Shown piece after piece: positions 1 to 13,469 of a DNA stretch of 64,000 nucleotides. Each line of letters opens with the position of its first letter. Positions within the stretch are counted from its first letter, which is position 1. This DNA is from Octopus sinensis. Its lineage: Eukaryota. The notes under the pieces were generated by a model, which was given only the letters and a program-made list of their open reading frames with translations, had not been told where the DNA came from and did no database searches. The DNA is taken from the NCBI RefSeq assembly GCF_006345805.1, contig NC_043001.1:105276001-105340000 (forward strand), read 5' to 3'. The position numbers were made by a program, and so were the translations under genes.

Positions 1-986
1 ACGACGAGCTCGGGGCGAACCTGGACGTCGACGAGGAGTACCTGACCGCCTGTTCGGGACGACTTTCGGGCCAGTGCCCATGGACAACTTCCAGAGATCC
101 CTGGCCTGGCAGTGCTACCGAGAAGCGCTACCCGTTCGGGATAAGCTCTACAGACACGGCTCGAGAAACACGGGGCCGACCTGCCCGAGATGCGGTCAGA
201 GCGACGAAACCGTTCTGCACGCACTCGTTCAGTGTCCAACAATTCCGACCTGTGGGCTTATGTCGAACAACTGTTGTCACGTGTGGGACGAGTCGGTTTA
301 TCAGCTGAGTCTATCGTCAATATTGTCACGCCTCCTTCCTTCAAACGGGAAGGAAGAGCTATTTTCATCATCCTTGTGGCTATGGCGAAAGAATGTATCT
401 GGTGGACGCGTCTGAAAGGATTGGAGACAAACACTTTCCTCTCTGGTCAATCTCTCATCAACTTCTTCAAGTACCACTTGAAAAGGAAAGTGAGAGTAGA
501 GAGGCAAGTTTTGTCTAGCGAATGTTTTAAAAAAAGATGGGTGAATGTAGCAAGAATGGCACGTATGAATGACGAAGCCACCTTGAGCATAGTCCTATGA
601 ACCCAGAAATCGAAAACAGAGAGTTGCTTATTTGCAAAAAAAAAAAAAAAAAGAAAAAGAAATATAAAATGTGACTTCATTGACCGAGGTTACCGTGGTC
701 TTTTCCGTAGGCTTCTCTTTCCACGGGTAAACCTCACCTGTCCTCCCCTTTACACTTCATATTGACATTTCTGTGATAACGATCCCTATTGATCAATTTT
801 TTTCCTCTCCCCCTTTTTTTTTTTTTTAACCCCCCTTTTTTTGTCCTCTTTCTCTCCTTTTACGATCCCTTTTGATCGAAACTCCCCCTTCCTTTTTTTT
901 TTTTTTTTTTTTTAAACCTTCAAAAGAAAAGCTCTACCTTGTAATTTGTTCTATCTGTGTGCAGCCCTGTGTGGCTAATAAAGAAA
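1..986 (+). mobile_element. L1/Tx1-type non-LTR retrotransposon 3' end, copy 1 (ORF2 C-terminus with frameshifts, 3' UTR)
   Basis: Encodes CPRCGQSDETVLHALVQC, a CCHC-type motif typical of L1/Tx1 ORF2 C-termini. ORF stops at 600. The 3' UTR ends in TAATAAAGAAA followed by (TATC)n. Near-identical to 1386-2361 but with single-base deletions near 48 and 240. Confidence 0.8.
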
Positions 987-1190
<204 letters not shown>

Positions 1191-2361
1191 CACGCTTTCC
1201 CGCACGCTTTCCCGCAGCTCGTCTCCATGACCGAACTGCAGTCGTGGATCAAAAAGAGGCCGAGGAAGGCGAATGGCACCGCGAGTGTCGCGTTGCTCAC
1301 AAGCAACTCTGCCGTCCTGGGTCGACCTTGAGTGACTTCAACACAACCAAAGGATTCTATAGGGGTTTAGTGGAGGGGAGGTACGACGACGAGCTCGGGG
1401 CGAACCTGGACGTCGACGAGGAGTACCTGACCCGCCTGTTCAGGACGACTTTCGGGCCAGTGCCCATGGACAACTTCCAGAGATCCCTGGCCTGGCAGTG
1501 CTACCGAGAAGCGCTCCCCGTTCGGGATAAGCTCTACAGACACGGCTCGAGAAACACGGGGCCGACCTGCCCGAGATGCGGTCAGAGCGACGAAACCGTT
1601 CTGCACGCAATCGTGCAGTGTCCAACAATTTCCGACCTGTGGGCTTATGTCGAACAACTGCTGTCACGTGTGGGACGAGTCGGTTTATCAGCTGAGTCTA
1701 TCGTCAATATTGTCGCGCCTCCTTCCTTCAAACGGGAAGGAAGAGCTATTTTCATCATCCTTGTGGCTATGGCGAAAGAATGTATCTGGAGGACGCGTCT
1801 GAAAGGATTGGAGACAAACACTTTCCTCTCTGGTCAATCTCTCATCAACTTCTTCAAGTACCACTTGAAAAGGAAATTGAGAGTAGAGAGGCAAGTTTTG
1901 TCTAGCGAATGTTTAAAAAAAAGATGGGTGAATGTAGCAAGAATGGCACGTATGAATGACGAAGCCACCTTGAGCATGATCCTATGAACCCAGAAATTGA
2001 AAACAGAGAGTTGCCTATTCGCAAAAAAAAAAAAGAAATATAACATGTGACTCCATTGACCGAGGTTACCGTGGTCTTTTCCGTAGGCTTTTCTTTCCAC
2101 GGGTAAACCTCGCCTGTCCTCCCCTTTACACTTCATATTGACATTTCTGTGATAACGATCCCTATTGATCAATTTTTTTATTCCTTTTTTTTTCCTCTCC
2201 CCCTTTTTTTTAACCCCCCTTTTTTTGTCCTCTTTCTCTCCTTTTACGATCCCTTTTGATCGAAACCCCCCCTTCCCTTTTTTTTTTTAAACCTTCAAAA
2301 GAAAAGCTCTACCTTGTAATTTGTTCTATCTGTGTGCAGCCCTGTGTGGCTAATAAAGAAA
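1191..2361 (+). mobile_element. L1/Tx1-type non-LTR retrotransposon 3' end, copy 2 (5'-truncated, ORF2 C-terminus open 1190-1987)
   Basis: Open frame SRFPARFP...CPRCGQSDETVLHAIVQC...MIL*. 5' junction carries a 12-bp tandem duplication CACGCTTTCCCG x2 (1191-1214). Ends in TAATAAAGAAA then (TATC)n to about 2475. Confidence 0.85.
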
Positions 2362-2380
2362 CATATCTATCTATCTATCA

Positions 2381-2504
<124 letters not shown>

Positions 2505-3055
2505 TTCTTTCATTCTTTTCCTTTCATTCTTTCTCTGTTTATCTCTCCCTGAATCCTTTTGCCCGTACGTGCGCGCGCGACGTCTGTGCGCGACGTGTGT
2601 GCGTTTGTGTGTATATGTGTGTGTGTGTTTGTGTGTGTGCGTCTGTGTAATCTGCAGAAACGTTTGATAAGCGGAACTAAATAAATCTTTTTAATTTTTG
2701 AGTTCAATGTGATTTAACCCTTAATGCATATTCACTCCAAATTACACAGCAAGATATTCAACGACTGCTCTAACTAAAACATGTTTATGATTAAATTCAT
2801 AAAAACCCAATTGTATTTAGCTTGCTCGTTGCCAGAAGGTAAAAATCCGTAAAATCAGTTGAATCTTTGATATATTTCTTATAGCAACATGTCTTGTCTT
2901 TTCTTTTCTAAAATTTGTTTTTGCTATATCATAATATTATGAAAAGAACTGGACTATACTGTTGATTATATCTCTTTGCTTTCTCTCATAGTATTTGATT
3001 TGGTTTATTTCCGTTCTGTCGTTTACTTTCTATTCCTGATATATATATATATATA

Positions 3056-3099
<44 letters not shown>

Positions 3100-3866
3100 A
3101 TATATATATAAATATATATATATATATGTGTGTGTGTGTATGTATATTTTTTTCACCACTACACAATTTCTATTTTACTTTTCTTTCCAATTTATACTTG
3201 TTTTGTGCGCGTTTCTTTCTCGTTCTGCACTCTGTAAACCCAAATGCAGTCCTCGCCGCATCCTCTTTCCTGTATTTATCTTTTTTTTTCTCCGTTCCCA
3301 GCTCTCTTGCTCTGAGCTATTTTGCAGGAGATTGATATCGAAAGAACCGACCGCTTTTCTCACAACTGGAAAACGTACATTAATTTCTCTATAATCTTTT
3401 ACACGTGTTCAACATTATAATTGACATATTGTATTTAATCCATTCCTTTTTTATTTGTACAATGATAAACCGTTTGTCTTGTACTTGAATGTATACATAC
3501 ATACATGCATACATGTATACACACATATGCTCACACAAACACACAGACACAGCTATTTCCTCTTTAAACATTCTTTTCTATTTTAGACCAATATTTCTGC
3601 TTTTATTCGTGATTATTTTATTCTCCTGCCCAAGATACCAATTAAACACAGAAACTGCTTGTTATACGCCCGTTATTGGCTGATAACTACGGTAACCATA
3701 TTGATGTGCGTCTTGTATTTAATGGACTCACAATGAAAGAAATTATCCACCAAGTTACACATCGACTTCTCCTTGTTAACTAAACTTCATTGCTAGGACA
3801 GCCATGCTTATGTTTAAAGCGAGGACCAAAAGGTTTCCTCATTTTTCTGTTAAGAATTTACGTATA

Positions 3867-3965
3867 CGAGGGGCGTTCAATAAGTAATGCCCCTGACCCA
3901 CTTGCAGTTGTTTGATCTAGCTGAAAGGTGCACTTATTCATACCCCTATAGATTAAGTGGCGAAT
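3867..3965 (+). mobile_element. Extra mariner left end (TIR plus about 65 bp of subterminal sequence)
   Basis: TA + CGAGGGGCGTTCAATAAGTAATGCCCCTGACCCA, an exact reverse complement of the right TIR at 5292-5325. Confidence 0.85.
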
Positions 3966-4053
3966 ACACACACATATAAAATAAATGTATATATGATTGT
4001 TGGTGTATATATATCGATGAGTGCATAAATACATATATTTAAGTATATATGTA

Positions 4054-5325
4054 CGAGGGACGTTCAATAAGTAATGCCTCTGACCAACTTGCTTTTGTTT
4101 GATCTAGCTGAAATTTTGCATGTCTAATTATTTATATCTCTACAGATTAAGTGGCAAATTACAGCTCTGAACTAATTGTGGTTTCTGATTTACAGGTGTT
4201 TGAACTGAGTCAAGTGTGAAATGGAGCCTGTTGAGTGTCGAGCAGTGATCTGGTTTTTGTATGTGAAAGGACGCACACCACGGGAGACTTTTGATGAAAT
4301 GAAAGTAACTTATGGTGATGATGCCCCATCATATGACCTTGTAAAATGCTGGCATTGTGAATTCAAACATAGTCGGAACTCTGTGGAAACAGCTCCCAGA
4401 TCTGGTCGCCCCGCTTCTGCCGTTGATGAGACGTCTGTCCGTCAAGTTGAGGCTACCATTTTGGAAGGTCAACGCATAACTATTCGCCAAATAGCCCATA
4501 AGGTCAAGATTAGTACCGGGTCTGTGGAAACTATCATTCATGACCATTTGCATATGCAAAAGGTGTCTTCCAGATGGATTTCCAGGTTGCTAACACCTTT
4601 CCAGAAGCAAGAACGCGTTGAGTGCTCGAGGATGAATTTGGAAATGTGCCAAGAAGATGAGTCAAAATTTTTCAAAAGACTGATCACACAGGATAAAACC
4701 TGGATCCATCACTATGATCCATAGACCAAAGCCCAGTCAATGCAGTGAAAGCACCGTGACTCACCTCCTCCAAAGAAGGCAAGGGTGCAGCCCTCCGCTG
4801 ACATGGTTATGCTCACAGTCTTCTGGGACCAGGACGGAGTAGTGATGACAGATTTCCTGGCAAAGGGTACCACAATTACAGGAGCCTATTATGCTTCACT
4901 TTTGAGGAAATTATGAGAAGCTATCAAAATCAAGAGGCGGGGCAAGATCAGCAAAGGCATCCTCCTCCTGCAGGACAACGCTCCGGTCCACAACTCGCGT
5001 GTCGCCAGATCAGAAGCACAGGCGTGCAGCTATGAACTCCTGCCCTTGCACCCTCTGATTTTCACCTCTTCCCAGCCATGAAGTTGATTTTGAAAGGAAA
5101 GCGTTTCCCAGATGATGCAGCCTTGATTTCTGAAGTCACGTCGTGGTTGGAGGACGAAGCTGGGGTCTTCTACAAAAACCGGTCTCCAGAGATGTATCAA
5201 ACGATGGGAGAAATGCATAACTCTGGGTAGTTCCCATGTAGGAAAAGTCTAATAACTGTGCCAAGTGTCGTTGCTCTACTGCTATGGGAAATGGGTCAGG
5301 GGCATTACTTATTGAACGCCCCTCG
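4054..5325 (+). mobile_element. Full-length Tc1/mariner element, transposase pseudogene (4221 to about 5252)
   Basis: TIR CGAGGG(G/A)CGTTCAATAAGTAATGCC..GACC at both ends, TA at 4052-53 and 5326-27. Transposase shows HTH region, TQDKTWIHHYDP, LQDNAPVHNS and RWEKC motifs, with several in-frame stops and frameshifts. Confidence 0.93.
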
Positions 5326-6028
5326 TATTTATATCCTCTAAATCACATTCTAATTGCCTTTATCATATTCAGAAACGAAATCCATTTTTCTCTTTATTCT
5401 TTCTATTTCAGATTGACTACAAAGAAAAAATTGAGGTGTGTTTCAGAAGTAATATTATCTATTTCTGTAAACAACAACTTCTATGTTCAGGTGTGATAAC
5501 GGTTTTAATGAAAGGATAAATAGTTCTATTGTGCGTGTCAATCGGCTTGCAGCGTGCTGTTATCAAATTTATCATACTTAATTGGTTTTATACTCACCTG
5601 TCAGAAGTGGTTGTTTAATTCACTAAAATCGTCATTTATACACTTTCCTTTATTTGCGTTTCTAACACCAAATCCCTCTTCTTAAATTATGAAACTTCCA
5701 CGCCAAATAGTGTCTCCATATGAAAGTTTTACACTGTATAATCAATAATATATAATATATAATGAATGTTACATAATTATTGGTCATATTCACGTTTTTG
5801 AAATTGTTTTCGAAACGTTTTCGAAACTCGAGCAAACGGGTGAAGACAACTTTCAACATATATTCAAGTATTTGGAAACACGTGGACCGGTTTCTGGACT
5901 GGCATTATAGCCTAACCTTCCTCAGCACGTGTTACCGTCATGAAAAGCACTAACCCCTCACGTTGAAGTCGGTGCTGCAACTGGTTTGTTTTGCGCCAAA
6001 TCATAGCAGTTACAAGTGTGAAAATAAC

Positions 6029-6167
6029 TTCAATACGGAGCAAATAATTCAGGAGAAAAATATTTCCGAAGATATTATTGACTCTGTTATCATCTAGTGT
6101 AATAATTAACAGAGTCAATAATATCTTCGCAAATATTTATCTCCTGAGTCATTTTCTCCGTATTGAA
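6029..6167. repeat. Inverted repeat, 61-bp arms, 17-nt loop
   Basis: 6029-6089 versus 6107-6167: 5 mismatches, inner 23 bp perfect. Confidence 0.9.
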
Positions 6168-6382
6168 TATATATATAAAAAGAAAATGACTCTCTCCAGA
6201 CGCAACAGTGTATGCTTCAACACACGAACTCACATAAAGAATCTTGCAAACCAAATCCAAAAACGATCTGATTGAATCTTTGCGTCAGCATATACCTTCT
6301 TGCGACAATGCAGCCTTTAATCTAATCAAGTTATCTTTGGCCTGAAGGACAGTCACCGGTATACGCCTCACTTGGATCTTAC

Positions 6383-6487
6383 CACTTCTCAGGTTCCACT
6401 GGCTATGAAACATATGTAACCCGGATTTCCCATACTCCATTCTGTAACTCTTGCATTCTTTTTCGCACACTCGGCAACCGTGGATGC
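6383..6487 (-). CDS. Candidate host-gene internal exon (105 bp, phase 1-1); product unknown
   Basis: Minus strand TTTCTTTTTCTATTCCTCGATAG|GC acceptor and G|GTAAGA donor. Open frame (G)IHGCRVCEKECKSYRMEYGKSGLHMFHSQWNLRS(G). Non-repetitive and GC-richer than flanks. An alternative donor AAG|GTATAT at 6296 keeps the same frame and phase. Confidence 0.45.
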
Positions 6488-7359
6488 CTATCGAGGAATA
6501 GAAAAAGAAATGTATTTCAGCTCATCGTTCTTCGATAAATCAAAATAAATTTGCAACCTTCCGTCTTAATAAACCACTATTGCTCCTACGGATTGCTCGA
6601 AGCTAACTTTCTTCCTACACTTCGATTCTCAGATCTTACATTTATATATATCCAATATAAATCTGCATAGCACTGCTTTGCTATACTGACGTGACAAGCA
6701 TTGCAGTTGTACTGGCATTTGAGTTGGTTAACATAGAATCTTTGAATGAAATGTATATTGCTCGATTCGATTCTGTTTCGATTATTGAACAAACCTATGA
6801 GTTATGAGAGGGAAATATCTGTAAACTTTCTAAATAGGCAGGTGTTGCTACTGACAGATGGAATGTTGTCTCTCTCTCTCTCCCTCTCTTTCTCCGTCTC
6901 TCTCTCCCTCTCTCCTTCTCTCCGTTTCTCTGCCCCCTCTCTCTCTCTTTCTCTCTCTGGCCACGTTATACAGAATTGCTCTCAAATTTCCATCTAATTA
7001 ATTGCTGTTTATTGTTTACCGTCAGTGCTACAGTTGAAACATAAATGCTACTCAAGGTCATCGAGGGTGTCCCAAGATGTAAACAGATGGCATTTAGCAA
7101 GCGCCGAATAATTTAATCTAATTAAGACTAATTAATTTACAGAATTCTTGCCTTCAATATTTGTTTGCCTTATTAATGTTTTCAAATATAGCTACTAATA
7201 ATTGCCTTCAAAAGAGCGAAACTCCGAAGGAGGTAAAAAAAAACCCCCTGAAATTCTTAGAATGTCAATGGCTTAAGTATGTAAAAGAAATTCCGCGTAT
7301 ATATCACGTGATCATGCATAATAGCATTTGCAATGAAATATTTTAATATATTAGGTTGT

Positions 7360-7789
<430 letters not shown>

Positions 7790-7790
<1 letters not shown>

Positions 7791-7958
7791 AACCGATGCT
7801 GATGTGTTTATCACTCTGTGAATTAGAAGTTCGGCAATAGTGACCAATAGAATAATTCCCGGGGTCGATATCTTCGACTAACAGCCTTCAAAATGGTGCT
7901 CCAGCATGGCCGAAGTCATATGCCCGAAAGAGCTAAAAGAATAAAAGAAAAGTAAAAG
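7790..7958 (+). mobile_element. 3' part of CORE-type composite SINE
   Basis: GACAACCGATGCTG...GGGGTCGAT...CCAGCATGGCC...A-rich repeat tail; matches the 28613-28830 segment in the opposite orientation. Confidence 0.6.
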
Positions 7959-8063
7959 ACTACATCGCTTATACTTTGCGATGTTAGAAACCGTTTGTTT
8001 GACTGCAATATTCATATGCTTCACAACGAAATGTCAGATGTCTACAGAGCGATAATGAGAAAT

Positions 8064-8345
8064 TCTTTTCTACTCTAGGCACAAAGACTGAAATTTGGGG
8101 GGAGGGGGTGCAGTCGATTACATCGACCTCGGTACGCAACTGGTACTTAATTTATCGACCCCGAAAGGATGAAAGGCAAAGTCGACCGCCGCGGAATTTC
8201 CTATTTCTTTACTAACCACAAGGGCAGACAAACGGATTATGTCGACCCCCAGTGCATAATCGACCCCGAAAGGATGAAAGGCAAAGTCGACCTCGGCGGA
8301 ATTTGAACTCAGAACGTAGCGGCAGACGAAATACGGCTACGCATT
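8064..8345 (-). mobile_element. Dimeric tRNA-derived SINE (tail A unit followed by tail B unit)
   Basis: Two GCCTTTCATCCTTTCGGGGTCGAT bodies, B-box-like GAGTTCAAATTCC; internal tail A and terminal tail B (GTGCCTAGAGTAGAAAAG). Confidence 0.8.
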
Positions 8346-9015
8346 TCGCCCGTTTCTGCCAGCACGACGCCTAAGAGGTCGGCCAAATTGTGCAACATGC
8401 CCAAACCTTCTAGAAGGATCAGAATTCCCTTTCAAAGAGGGACAAAAATTCAAAATCTTCTTCATTGAAAAATATAGGCCAAAACAACCATTTCTAACAT
8501 TTTTAAATAAGGAATCTCTCCTCATTGAAAGAAATATAAAGGCAAACCAATCCACTTGTAACATTCTATTCCTTCTAAACTAAATCATGTTTAATTAGTC
8601 ATTCCCAACATGCTTGATTATCTCCCTTATACCGGATATTTCTCTAAAAACTATGTTGCTATACGCAAAATCTTATAACATTTTTCTAACATAACGATTT
8701 AAATAAATTCTGTAACCATATAACAGAAGCATTCTGTTGTTTTTCACTCTTTTTGTATTTTATACATCCAGCCACGTGGTTTCACATACCAATTCTCTCA
8801 CTCTCTCGCCAATATATATATACATATGTATATATCTACATCCATACATATATCGTTTTAACAGGTGCTGTAATAGTAAGGCTGTTGATAAAAGTTTGTT
8901 GGGATTTCAGACATGATTGTAATAGCGAGGTTCTACGTGGTATGAAATGTATTTTGCAATCCGTTAGCATACAAAAGATATATTGGCGGGAGGGGAGGGG
9001 GCTACAGAAGACGAA

Positions 9016-9263
9016 ATATGCAGGGATATTGCATTTGTAGATCCATTATTTAGGCAGAATGGTATACATATAAGATTCCAATACCTTATGAGTAAATTCC
9101 AATAGTATTTATAATGGGTCACTATAAATTCCAATAGTATTTAATTTTTAATATTACTGACCAATTTGAAATACTATTGGAATTTATTCATAAGGTATTG
9201 GACTCTTATATGTATACCATTCTGCCTAAATAATGGATCTACAAATGCAATATCCCTGCATAT
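9016..9263. mobile_element. MITE-like element with 95-bp inverted repeats
   Basis: 9016-9110 versus 9169-9263: 2 mismatches, 58-bp spacer. Termini TA-TGCAGGG...CCCTGCA-TA. Confidence 0.8.
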
Positions 9264-9570
9264 CTCACATCTTTTTCCTCCATTTCACTCTCTATTTCGT
9301 ATCGTATCTAAATTAACTATTGCTTAACCATTCTCTCACTCCTTGGTTTTTTAACTCATTCTGAATTTTTTTAATATATATATACACACGCTGATATATG
9401 ACCTACACTGGACTCCTTATTCGCATAATCACCCAACCTGGAGTTTAACTATGGTCTATCTATAGCACTTAGTTAACATTACCTGACACCTTTGGCTCTC
9501 ATAACCTAATATATATATATATATGTTTATATATATAAATGTACTTGTATATTCTATATATATATATATA

Positions 9571-9618
<48 letters not shown>

Positions 9619-10763
9619 TAATATAATATAATTTGTGTTGTACTGTACATATATCCGAGTTAAATATATTTCCATTCTGCCTTAGTCTTTAGTTCAAAGC
9701 TACCTATACATTTCACTTTCTAATTATTTATTAAAACGGCATCAATAAAGCGTTACATACGATTATGTAGAATATAGAATACATTATCGACTAGGGAAAA
9801 TAAAGTTATTTCACTTAATGTGGCATCCCTGTTATAAAAATGCCACAAGAAATCTAACATGCTATTCGGCAGATAATGCTGTAGCAAATTTATCAAGGTT
9901 TACTGCAATGTTATCAATAAAATATAAAATAATGACTTTTATCTCAGATAGTGTGCAAAAAGCAGAAATAAATTTAATGGCGCATTACAAGTAGAGGGAA
10001 TAAAAACTATGCACGGAAATGTTTATGAATATATGTATCATACCCACACACACATATTTTAACACATAAACATATATGAATAGAATCATATATACTATAC
10101 GCACATACACGCATAAATATATATTTTTTGAATTTGTTTATGCTTGTATAAGTATACATACATACATGTAAATATATAGATACATGTTAGTGTCTATATC
10201 TTTCTAACTCACAATATATATGTGGTGTGTGTTTGTGTGTGTGTGTGTTTGTGTGTGTCTGTTAGTATATTTGTCTGTGCTTGTGTCGCTGTGTTTGTGC
10301 CTGTGTGGGTTTTTTCTCGGATGGAATGTGTATCGTCTGTGTCTAATTCAAAATTTTAAAACGAAGCAAGTGACATGTAAAATGGAAGAGAATCGGGGGA
10401 GGAGGGGAAAAGCATGTGAACAAATTCGCAAGAGTTTACTAGAAAATCATACTAAAATAGATATAGGGCATGTGTTGGAGACCACGCTTCATATGTTGCA
10501 TGAATTTGAATATTTTCAATCTAGAAGAACCAGTAAACATGGTTTGTTATGTTTTACAAATGATAGTATTATACTATGATATCTATATCGACAATCTATG
10601 CTTTCCGCTTGAAAACTAGTTAAATTATATTTTAAGGCTAAATACTAAAAGATTTGGAGGTGGAGTTTCGAAATATTGAAGTCAAATCTATTCAACCTAG
10701 AATAATGAAAAAGTGAAATTTATTCAATATCTAATACTGGTAAATAATTAATACTGTAATTAA

Positions 10764-11135
10764 GGCGGCGAGCTGGCAGAATCGTTAGCACGCCGGGAGA
10801 AATGCTTTGCAGTATATCGTCTGCCGTTACGTTCTGAGTTCAAATTCCGCCGTGGTCGACTTTGCCTTTCATCCTTTCTGGGTCGATTAAATAAGTACTA
10901 GTTACGCAACTGGGGTCGATATAATCGACTTAATCCGTTCCTCTGTCCTAGTTTGTCCTCTCTGTGTTTAACTCCTTGTGAGTAATAAAGAAATAGGTAT
11001 TTCGTCAGTCGCTATGTTCTGAGTTCAAATTCCGGTGAGGTCAGCTTTGCCTTTGATCATTTCGGCGTCGATAAACTAAGTACCAGTGAAACACTGGGGT
11101 CGATGTGATCGACTATCTGCCTCCCTTGTGCCTAT
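10764..11135 (+). mobile_element. Dimeric tRNA-derived SINE (head, body, tail A, truncated head, body, tail B)
   Basis: Head GGCGGCGAGCTGGCAGAATCGTTAGC (A-box-like), GAGTTCAAATTCC (B-box-like), body GCCTTTCATCCTTTC.GGGTCGAT resembling Meta/Sauria-type central domains as I recall them. Confidence 0.85.
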
Positions 11136-11997
11136 ATTAGAAAAGCGCCGGGTAATCCACTTTGACTTTCATCCCTTTCGTGGTCAATAAAATAAGTGTC
11201 GGTTGGTCACTGGGGTCGACTCAATCTATTTACACCCTCTCCCGAAATTGCTGGCCTTGTGCCAAAATCTGAAACCAATAACTAGAACCTCGATTAAAGG
11301 AGAAAGATCTGTCTCCTACAGTCTTAGCTGCCGTAGGCGGTTTTTATTCACATGGGTGCTTCAAATATAAGAGTGGGGCATTCTGCACTCAAATTCCTAA
11401 TGCAGTGTTAGGGAAATCTTAGTTTAAATTATCCAAGTTTCGATCAACAAATATTATTGCTTCTTTACGTTCATTTTCATAATCACTCGAGCACTCTGTT
11501 CCTACTAAATGCATGACTTGTCAGTCAGAGACTGCATCCACCATAATATTGTATAGTACGTATATAATATCCTGATTTATTCATTTACTTTAATATTCTG
11601 ACTTTGTTTTAAAGCAACGAGATGGCAGAATCGCTATGTACGCCGGGTTAATTGCTTAAGATCGACTCTGACTTTTATGCTTTCGTAGCCGATAACATAA
11701 GTACCATTTGAGTATTGGATTCGATGCCAACGACCTACCTCTTTTCAGAAATTCTCAAAAATTTCAAATCAATATTCTGACTTCATTCACTCAAAAATGG
11801 CGATCCAGAACAACTGCCATTTGTATAAGCTATTGCACGGATTACTCACAAATACTGACGGCAGGTGAGATGTACTCTAGCAACACCGGAATTCAAATAT
11901 ATTAACACATAAACCAAACAGTCCTATATTTAAGACATGAAAAATTACGTACATTATTTACATTTGACGGATATTTGTCCTCATCATGTTCGTTGGT

Positions 11998-12043
11998 AAC
12001 ACAACGTTTCAGTTGATATACCCTCCAGCCTTCATCAGGTGTT
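11998..12043 (-). ncRNA. Minimal type-I hammerhead ribozyme motif (stem II partly decayed)
   Basis: AACAC-CUGAUGA-A-GGCUG..CAACU-GAAA-CG-UU/GUGUU: 5-bp stem I, intact core, palindromic ACGU stem III. Confidence 0.6.
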
Positions 12044-12088
12044 TTGGGGAAATTTCGAACCTGGGTTCTCATTCCTAACAACAACAAC

Positions 12089-12160
<72 letters not shown>

Positions 12161-12219
12161 TAAAACAACATAGAAAAATACCTTAGAAATGAGAACCCAT
12201 GTTCGAAATTTCCCCAATG

Positions 12220-12260
12220 CACCTGATGAAGGCTTTGGGTATATCAGCTGAAACGTTGAG
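12220..12260 (+). ncRNA. Minimal type-I hammerhead motif, second copy (stem I mismatched)
   Basis: CAC-CUGAUGA-A-GGCU..AGCU-GAAA-CG-UU/GAG. Confidence 0.5.
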
Positions 12261-13469
12261 TTAACAAAGAAGATGAGGACAAATGGACGTCAAATGTAAA
12301 TAATGTACATAAACAAATTATGTATTAAGCGTTTAGGCCGTGCAGCTATCTGATTAGGTCGGCCAGAGTGTTTGGCCGGTTTATATTTAGTCGTGTCATA
12401 AAGACCCAACTGATACAGGCAACATTTCCAATCACTATTAGAGTAACGTTCTTTTTAAAACATATGTAGAGCTTAAATCACTTTCACTAACTTTCCTGGG
12501 CGGAATTCCGTTACACATCCGAGATAGCAGACATACCATAATGGAGAACACTCAACAATATATTCTGTGAAGCTTTAGTAAAATGTAATGGCGTGTTAGT
12601 TACGTCTGTATATGATAAAAACCACTTTGTGAGTGAAGTTTGTATCGATTATCTGCCATACCCAAAGTATGCCCTTGTGTCGAAGTTAGATTGTATTCTT
12701 ATTGGGTAAGAAATCGTAAAAATTCAAGTTACTAAAGAAAATATTCACTTTTATGTAATACTGAATTTGGAAATTCCACTCATATAAATTTATACTTCAT
12801 TTCTGTGCTGTTGAAATCAATGCCTCACGAAATCAATACTATGTACATAATACGAAATATATTATTGAAGTAAGATTTTCCGGAATCTGAAATGATGAAT
12901 AAATCAAATTTTGAAAGCAAATTGATATATTGTAATAAATATTCGTGTAAACTTAGATATTATTGTTAGCTTTCCCTATGTAAACGGATACAGCTAATGT
13001 ATAACGTGGGTCCTTGTATTATTTTTGTCCTGTTTCTGTTTGTATCTTGTATTGAATCCTTTCCAGTTAATATGCATGTAATTCCCATCAGTGTTGTGTT
13101 TTCATTTGCCATGTAAGATTTGAAAAGAATCTTTAGCTTTAGGTTCTCCACAATCTAACTCTCTCCATTTGATAATACTGTGCGCAGATGATCATATATG
13201 CACGCATTCAAATTTACATTTTAGATTTCTATTGTTTCCGCTGGAATCGATTCCCCGTTTAGATTCCTTTCTTGATATTTTTTCCTGATAATATCCAGGG
13301 TGATTTACATTAATTTTCCTATCAATAAGTATTTACAGGTTCAACTATTTAATCCTTTGGTCATTCTCTGCAATCTGCAGTGTTTGTCCATTAAGGTTAT
13401 TATTTAATGATGTCATAGTTCTCATTGTTTGAAAGCCAAGTCTCTAATAACTCTATGTTTCAAGAGATA

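Larger units (their letters stand above)
11949..12308. mobile_element. Penelope-like pseudo-LTR pair in inverted orientation around an (AAT)n tract
   Basis: Arms 11949-12078 and 12183-12308 are imperfect reverse complements; each holds a hammerhead motif. Confidence 0.7.

Noticed and set aside
10764-10850. tRNA gene
   Set aside because: A/B-box-like head runs into a SINE body and recurs many times; no complete cloverleaf.
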